The translations under genes and the position numbers were made by a program. A DNA stretch of 62,394 nucleotides from a virus: the IMG/VR virus record IMGVR_UViG_3300003375_000002. One strand, 5' to 3'. Below, piece by piece: positions 58,068-62,394 of the stretch (positions are counted from its first letter, which is position 1; every line of letters starts with the position of its first letter). Below the pieces are notes generated by a model, which saw nothing but the letters and a program-made list of their open reading frames with translations, was not told the DNA's origin and ran no database searches.

Positions 58068-58591
58068 ACAATCTCCCTTTTCCGTAGCTCAATGAAACAG
58101 CGCGCCAGCGCTCTGACGTCGACTTCGGCCCGATGAGCGCCTTCGAATGCCTCGCCGAACAACTCTTGATGAAGCGCTGAAAGCGAAAGTCTATACCCTT
58201 TTAAAAATTCGGTACACTCGACTGTGCAAATTAATCTAGGCCAACGCACTGTCAATCCGCATCGCTTCATCTCAATGTCGACCATCATTTTGTCGAAGCT
58301 AAGATTGTGCGCGACAATCTCATCGCTATTTTCGATCAGCTCCTTGATTGCTCCGGCCATCTGATCAAACTTCGGCGCATCTTTTAAATCTTCATCTGTC
58401 AGCCGTGTGATCTCAGTGATCTTCTTGTCTAGCTTTTCGCCCGGATTGAACAGGAATGAAACTGACCCATCTTCCTCAAGACCTTCCAGCCCAAGACCAA
58501 AGAATTCAATGATCTTCGGCTGGCGAGCGATCGGCGTCAGCGTGCTCTTGAGCAGCCCTGTCGTTTCAGTGTCGAAAATGAGGGTGTTCAT
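58064..58591 (-). CDS. DnaQ-like DEDDh 3'-5' exonuclease
   Basis: ExoI FDTETTGL, ExoII VAHNLSFDKMM, ExoIII HRAEVDVRAL. Confidence 0.85.
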   Translation of the reverse strand: MNTLIFDTETTGLLKSTLTPIARQPKIIEFFGLGLEGLEEDGSVSFLFNPGEKLDKKITEITRLTDEDLKDAPKFDQMAGAIKELIENSDEIVAHNLSFDKMMVDIEMKRCGLTVRWPRLICTVECTEFLKGYRLSLSALHQELFGEAFEGAHRAEVDVRALARCFIELRKREIV

Positions 58592-58600
58592 GAAAGAACC

Positions 58601-59152
58601 TCAAAACGGATAATTTCCATCGACTTCGCGCGCAGCGATGTCGAGCTCCTTGAGCATCATGGCATAGACTGCCAGATCGTCGAGCGAGTCATCGTGGCCG
58701 CCGCGCTTAAAATTCTCACCGTAGCGTGTGATCTTGGCGAGGACTTGCACGAGGATGCCGAACCGATTGAAATCCTCCGCACTCTTCAATTCAACATTGC
58801 CAAGGATCTCGCGAGCGACAGTGCCGAATCGGAAATAATTATTCCCATATATTTTATTCCTTTGTTCATAAATGTCCGCAGCACTGCAGAGCATTTGGGG
58901 GACAGTTTGCTTGGTTGACATTTTCGGCTCTCCTGAGAAAACTTTTCGCAACTCTTCCAACGACATTTCATTTGTTTCCTCCTTTTCTTGAAATTCATGA
59001 AATAAAGAATCATTAATATTCGTTTTTTGTAATTCCCCAATTTTGAATAATGTTTTATTTACTTCCTCTTTTATTTTGTCTTTTATAAAGTCGAAAATAT
59101 TTCTATTTCCTTCGGTCTTTTCAAGCTTCAAAATTCCAACATCCATCTTCAA
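58601..59152 (-). CDS. All-alpha NTP-pyrophosphohydrolase-like / DUF1599-like protein (nucleotide-modification associated?)
   Basis: The C-terminal half YEQRNKIYGNNY...LAKITRYGEN...HDDSLDDLAVYAMM resembles DUF1599/MazG-like patterns from memory. The N-terminal 80 aa is AT-rich, so the start is uncertain. Confidence 0.45.
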   Translation of the reverse strand: MKMDVGILKLEKTEGNRNIFDFIKDKIKEEVNKTLFKIGELQKTNINDSLFHEFQEKEETNEMSLEELRKVFSGEPKMSTKQTVPQMLCSAADIYEQRNKIYGNNYFRFGTVAREILGNVELKSAEDFNRFGILVQVLAKITRYGENFKRGGHDDSLDDLAVYAMMLKELDIAAREVDGNYPF

Positions 59153-59595
59153 AATCCTCCTGCTGCCGGCTGCAACACTGTCAGCCCATAATTCCGCAGC
59201 CCTTCGACGACGCTGTCGCGGTCATCAATGACGAGCCAAACATTGTCGAGGACATTCTGCTTGCTTCCGAGCGCCTTTTCCAAAAGGGCAATCTTCATTT
59301 CGTGATCCGGACGCCAATCATCATCCGGCCGCATCAGCAGCATATCATGATGCTCGTAGAGGCCTGCTCGAACAAGCCACTGCTCAGTCAGATGCCTGTA
59401 TTTGTTGTTCCGTCCGGTCAAAAGAATGATTAAATGGTGCTTCTCCATTTGGAGCAAAAGGTCAGCAATTGCAACAATTACCGGATCCTCCAAACATCGC
59501 TGATGAAACTCATCCCATTGCTTGGAGTGAGCGTATTGAATGCGATGGGAGCAATCGCTAATTGTCCCATCAATGTCGAACACGACGTACTTCAT
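59149..59595 (-). CDS. HAD-superfamily phosphatase (paralogue of 13083..13538)
   Basis: FDIDGTIS, TGR, IDDRD. Shares RPDDDWRPDHEMK vs RRDGDHRPDHVVK with the other copy. Confidence 0.75.
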   Translation of the reverse strand: MKYVVFDIDGTISDCSHRIQYAHSKQWDEFHQRCLEDPVIVAIADLLLQMEKHHLIILLTGRNNKYRHLTEQWLVRAGLYEHHDMLLMRPDDDWRPDHEMKIALLEKALGSKQNVLDNVWLVIDDRDSVVEGLRNYGLTVLQPAAGGF

Positions 59596-59602
59596 TTTCG
59601 CC

Positions 59603-60331
59603 TCACCTTTTGAGCAGATCAGCCGCCTTGGCCAATTGAGTTCTCAGCTCCTTATCCTCAAGACCCTTGGCGACCGACTCAATGATTTCGATGGCCTTTT
59701 TGTCCTTGGGTTCAAAGAACGGCTCCGCCCATGGCCAGATCTTGAAAACTTCGGCGCGCATGGCCTGAGCGATGAGCGAATATTCGCCCTGCACCCGCAG
59801 GCTGTCGCGCGCGCGCAGCAATTCAACCAGCGATCGCAGATTGTACTTAGCAATCAGATTGCAATGAATATTCATCGGCAGCAAACCGCGCGCATCCTCC
59901 ATTGACTCGCCAGATTCGAGGGAGAGCTTGTAATTCAATATATTCGATTTCATCTTGAAATTATACATCGACTTCGATCTGACACTGTCCGGCACATGCC
60001 AGCTGGCAGCCCGCATATCGGTCACGCGCTGGCTCTGCATGGCGTAGCTGGCCGTCCGAGTGCGAGTTATCTGCTGGGCGCAGGCGCGCGTGACGTCATT
60101 GATGGCGAATGTGACATCAGCAAATTCCCACGAGCTCGGAATTGAATTGCTCATGTAGAGCAATTCCTTCTGAAGCTGATCGATCGGCATCTGGCGAAAA
60201 TGCTCCCAACCGTCGGGCGTCATTTGAAGGCGAGTGTTCTTTGTGTACGCCAGAATTCTGGCCGCGAGCCAAGTCTCGTCCTGCGTGCCTTGACCGGTGA
60301 AATAAAGAATGCTTACTTTTGGATCGTTCAT
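59603..60331 (-). CDS. thyX: Flavin-dependent thymidylate synthase
   Basis: RTRTASYAMQSQRV matches the ThyX signature RHRxxSxxxQSxR(Y/V). Confidence 0.8.
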   Translation of the reverse strand: MNDPKVSILYFTGQGTQDETWLAARILAYTKNTRLQMTPDGWEHFRQMPIDQLQKELLYMSNSIPSSWEFADVTFAINDVTRACAQQITRTRTASYAMQSQRVTDMRAASWHVPDSVRSKSMYNFKMKSNILNYKLSLESGESMEDARGLLPMNIHCNLIAKYNLRSLVELLRARDSLRVQGEYSLIAQAMRAEVFKIWPWAEPFFEPKDKKAIEIIESVAKGLEDKELRTQLAKAADLLKR

Positions 60332-60340
60332 TGTTGTCTC

Positions 60341-61117
60341 CTATTTCCTGTGATTGTAGTTGCCGGAATTTATGATCTTACGTATTACGCGTACATCATT
60401 CACAACATCATCCATCAGTAGTCCCGGTCGCCATGTTGCGAACCTTCCGAGGGAATAGATGTTGAACTTGTCGGTCGCCCACATGATGAAATTTCGGCGA
60501 ACCTTTTCGTCAATCGGTAGGATCTTCGAATATTGCTGTAGCTTGATCTCACCGCTCGAATGATCGACGCTCAAATTTCCGAGGCCGAACATCTCCAGCG
60601 CCTGATCAACCGCTGTCGATTTGTAAATCGGCATGGTCTTAAAATTTTCGACGCGGCCATGAACGTGCTCAAGCGGCATTCCTGGAAATGAAAATTCAAT
60701 CGTCAGTCGGTTGCCGGTGATCGAGATACGATTGAAACCGATCTTGGGATCAGGCACATAAATGCTGGCGTAAACGTCAGCATCCGGAATTTCGACATTT
60801 ATGTTCATGCCGTGAACATATTTGAACTCAGGAATATCAGGATATTCGATCAGTTTCATCAATGAAGGCATCGGAATTGTCGAAATTATATGGAGCCTTT
60901 TGTTGTTAAAAATATCCTTAGCTTCTGTATTAAACCAGCATGTTCCATTTATCCTGTCTGCCATCGCCTGAATAAGATTAGGCGGAGCGATGTAGCGCGT
61001 TTGAGGGGTGCTGTCAGCGCTCAAAATTGAACGCAGAGTCGCGCTGCCATTCGTTTTCATTGAATAGGCGAGGCTGTCCGCGACCGGATTCTTCCATTGC
61101 TGAACGGTCTTGACCAT
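60341..61117 (-). CDS. C-terminal 258-aa part of an FAD/NAD(P)-binding-type protein (separated from its Rossmann N-terminus by an in-frame TAG)
   Basis: ORF track. The ATG at 61117 directly follows, in the same frame, the TAG at 61118-61120. Confidence 0.6.
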   Translation of the reverse strand: MVKTVQQWKNPVADSLAYSMKTNGSATLRSILSADSTPQTRYIAPPNLIQAMADRINGTCWFNTEAKDIFNNKRLHIISTIPMPSLMKLIEYPDIPEFKYVHGMNINVEIPDADVYASIYVPDPKIGFNRISITGNRLTIEFSFPGMPLEHVHGRVENFKTMPIYKSTAVDQALEMFGLGNLSVDHSSGEIKLQQYSKILPIDEKVRRNFIMWATDKFNIYSLGRFATWRPGLLMDDVVNDVRVIRKIINSGNYNHRK

Positions 61118-61291
61118 CTAGACAGGCTTAAACGGAATGTCCAGCGCATCCCCGACGACCGAAGATCTGAACCTGAGCACAGCACTGTGATTGTTCGGCA
61201 ATGAGGCATTGGCCTCATATATCTCGACCTTTCGGTCTCTGATCATTCCTCCGGCCAAAAGGCCGCTCATTCCTGCGCCGACGATTATCAT
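61118..61291 (-). CDS. 57-aa dinucleotide-binding (GxGxxG) fragment, not in the ORF track
   Basis: My translation: MIIVGAGMSGLLAGGMIRDRKVEIYEANASLPNNHSAVLRFRSSVVGDALDIPFKPV-TAG. GGAGAA Shine-Dalgarno. Confidence 0.55.
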   Translation of the reverse strand: MIIVGAGMSGLLAGGMIRDRKVEIYEANASLPNNHSAVLRFRSSVVGDALDIPFKPV

Positions 61292-61405
61292 CTATTTCTC
61301 CTGTTTATTTCCGAAAATCATCGAAACAAAAGTAACAAAATTCATGACTCCTAAACCCATTAAAAAGCCAATCCAAAATGTTGCATCCTCTCCTTTTGTC
61401 CACAT
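61292..61405 (-). CDS. Small TM protein (37 aa), not in the ORF track
   Basis: My translation: MWTKGEDATFWIGFLMGLGVMNFVTFVSMIFGNKQEK. GGAGAA Shine-Dalgarno. TAG directly followed by the next ATG. Confidence 0.4.
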   Translation of the reverse strand: MWTKGEDATFWIGFLMGLGVMNFVTFVSMIFGNKQEK

Positions 61406-61416
61406 TTGCGCTTCTC

Positions 61417-61632
61417 CTAATAATCGCAAACGCGATCGTAAATTTCTTCTGCTTTTTGCTTGCTCAAATTTTCATTTTCGAGCATCATCTCCCCGACGAC
61501 CCAACTTTTGCGCTGTGCACGATGCATCTCGCGCCGCTGTTCAGGCGTCATCGCTTTCGCATCTTCAACATATTGACGCAAGCGCTCAAGGAGCTCAGGA
61601 TCCGTTTTGATTGGTTTCATTCTGAGCGTCAT
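61417..61632 (-). CDS. Hypothetical small protein (71 aa)
   Basis: ORF track. Confidence 0.55.
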   Translation of the reverse strand: MTLRMKPIKTDPELLERLRQYVEDAKAMTPEQRREMHRAQRKSWVVGEMMLENENLSKQKAEEIYDRVCDY

Positions 61633-61642
61633 TTATCCCTCC

Positions 61643-62206
61643 TCACTTTTTCTTGCTCGGAGCCTTGATCTTTGTCGTGCGACCGGCAAACAGCCCGAGC
61701 TTTTCCAGCGGAACAGGATCGCCTGCCTTCATTCGCTCGCGAATGTGCGCCAACAGCGTCTGCGGATGAACGCCCATCTTTGAGCTGACGTCGTAGCCTT
61801 CATTCTCAAGGCGTCCTGCGAGGTCCAAGGCCATGTTGTGCTCGGACTTCTTGAAATTGATCGATAGCTCAGTCTTGATGAGACTTTCTGCTCCATTCAA
61901 CTCAAGCCACTCAATGGCGTCGTCGCGCTCGACTTCATCCTTCGGCAAGCTGCCGGCCAAGAAGTCCTCGACCTTAAGACTCCAGCCACTGTCAAGCGTA
62001 ATGTTGGAAACGCCAGCCTCTGCCATCAAGTCCGGCAGGGCTTGTGTCTTGATGGCATTTAAACGGCGTTTCGCCTCGCTCAAACTTTCTTCCAATTCGG
62101 CGATAATCTGCTCGTTTGAAACAGCTTCTTCCGCTGCAGCGATCAACCGCTGCATGATTGGCGTGCCGTTGTCGGCTGGCTCTTGAAGATCGAAAACATC
62201 TGACAT
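61643..62206 (-). CDS. Hypothetical early protein with an N-terminal coiled coil (187 aa)
   Basis: ATG at 62206 with GGAG 9 nt upstream. The ORF-track start at 62221 is a TTG inside the upstream gene's stop region. Confidence 0.6.
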   Translation of the reverse strand: MSDVFDLQEPADNGTPIMQRLIAAAEEAVSNEQIIAELEESLSEAKRRLNAIKTQALPDLMAEAGVSNITLDSGWSLKVEDFLAGSLPKDEVERDDAIEWLELNGAESLIKTELSINFKKSEHNMALDLAGRLENEGYDVSSKMGVHPQTLLAHIRERMKAGDPVPLEKLGLFAGRTTKIKAPSKKK

Positions 62207-62217
62207 TTTTATCTCCA

Positions 62218-62394
62218 TCAAAAAATTCTTCGCATTCTGTTTGACGAAATTGTTCCTTGACCGTAGCCGTAGCCGTAGCCGTAGCCGTAGCCGTAGCCGT
62301 AGCCGTAGCCGTTGCCGTCGCCGTAGCCGTCGCCGTAGCCGTTGCCGTTGCCGTCGCCGTAGCCGTCGCCGTAGCCGTAGCCGTAGCCGTCGCC
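62218..62394 (-). CDS. Gly-X dipeptide-repeat protein, C-terminal part (enters from the window end)
   Basis: My translation: GDGYGYGYGDGYGDGNGNGYGDGYGDGNGYGYGYGYGYGYGYGYGQGTISSNRMRRIF then TGA at 62220-62218. Confidence 0.6.
   Translation of the reverse strand, partial: GDGYGYGYGDGYGDGNGNGYGDGYGDGNGYGYGYGYGYGYGYGYGQGTISSNRMRRIF
62262..62394. repeat. Tandem 6-nt coding repeat, same family as 1..130
   Basis: Direct reading. The last 34 nt equal the first 34 nt of the window. Confidence 0.95.

Noticed and set aside
61118-61120. Genome-wide reassignment of TAG as a sense codon
   Set aside because: Several well-defined genes terminate at TAG with proper downstream gene starts (8914-8916, 13969-13971, 61417-61419, 61292-61294). 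TAG therefore functions as a stop in this genome. The interruption is local.

Overview
The window reads as one complete tailed-phage genome. Its first 34 nt are identical to its last 34 nt, which implies a circular or circularly permuted molecule of about 62.36 kb. No tape-measure or sheath gene is visible, and three very large virion proteins follow the tail genes, so the layout looks podovirus-like. A tyrosine integrase with an adjacent att-like site indicates a temperate phage.

Transcription runs in two arms that diverge from an AT-rich control region (1328..1580) and converge at 14941.
- Plus arm (1581..14940): two tandem T4 endonuclease V (DenV) paralogues, a pentapeptide-repeat protein, a DUF932 protein, an SNF2-type helicase, an exported lytic transglycosylase, a hexapeptide-repeat protein, a visibly GC-richer block of small coupled genes, the integrase, two tRNA-fragment att-like modules and a HAD phosphatase.
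- Minus arm (1327 leftwards, wrapping through 62394 down to 14942):
  - a Gly-X dipeptide-repeat ORF across the window ends and nucleotide-metabolism genes (ThyX, HAD phosphatase, split FAD-type protein);
  - DnaQ-like exonuclease, DnaE carrying an HNH-type intein, and primase-helicase;
  - VRR-NUC nuclease, TerS and TerL;
  - portal and a 1246-aa polyvalent protein;
  - GroES-like, scaffold and capsid genes;
  - tail and fibre genes, including two paralogous beta-helix proteins with signal-peptide-like N-termini;
  - GNAT, 1380-aa and 801-aa virion proteins;
  - a lysis cassette.

Most interesting to me:
- the (Gly-Tyr/Asn/Asp)n ORF;
- the pair of different beta-helix repeat proteins that share one C-terminal domain;
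- a ~100-nt conserved element present twice in front of replication/repair genes;
- the dual att modules;
- the DnaE intein;
- an FAD-type gene interrupted by an in-frame TAG;
- a basic x-G-G-x-V motif shared by five virion proteins.

All functional calls come from motif recognition by eye. No database search was run.
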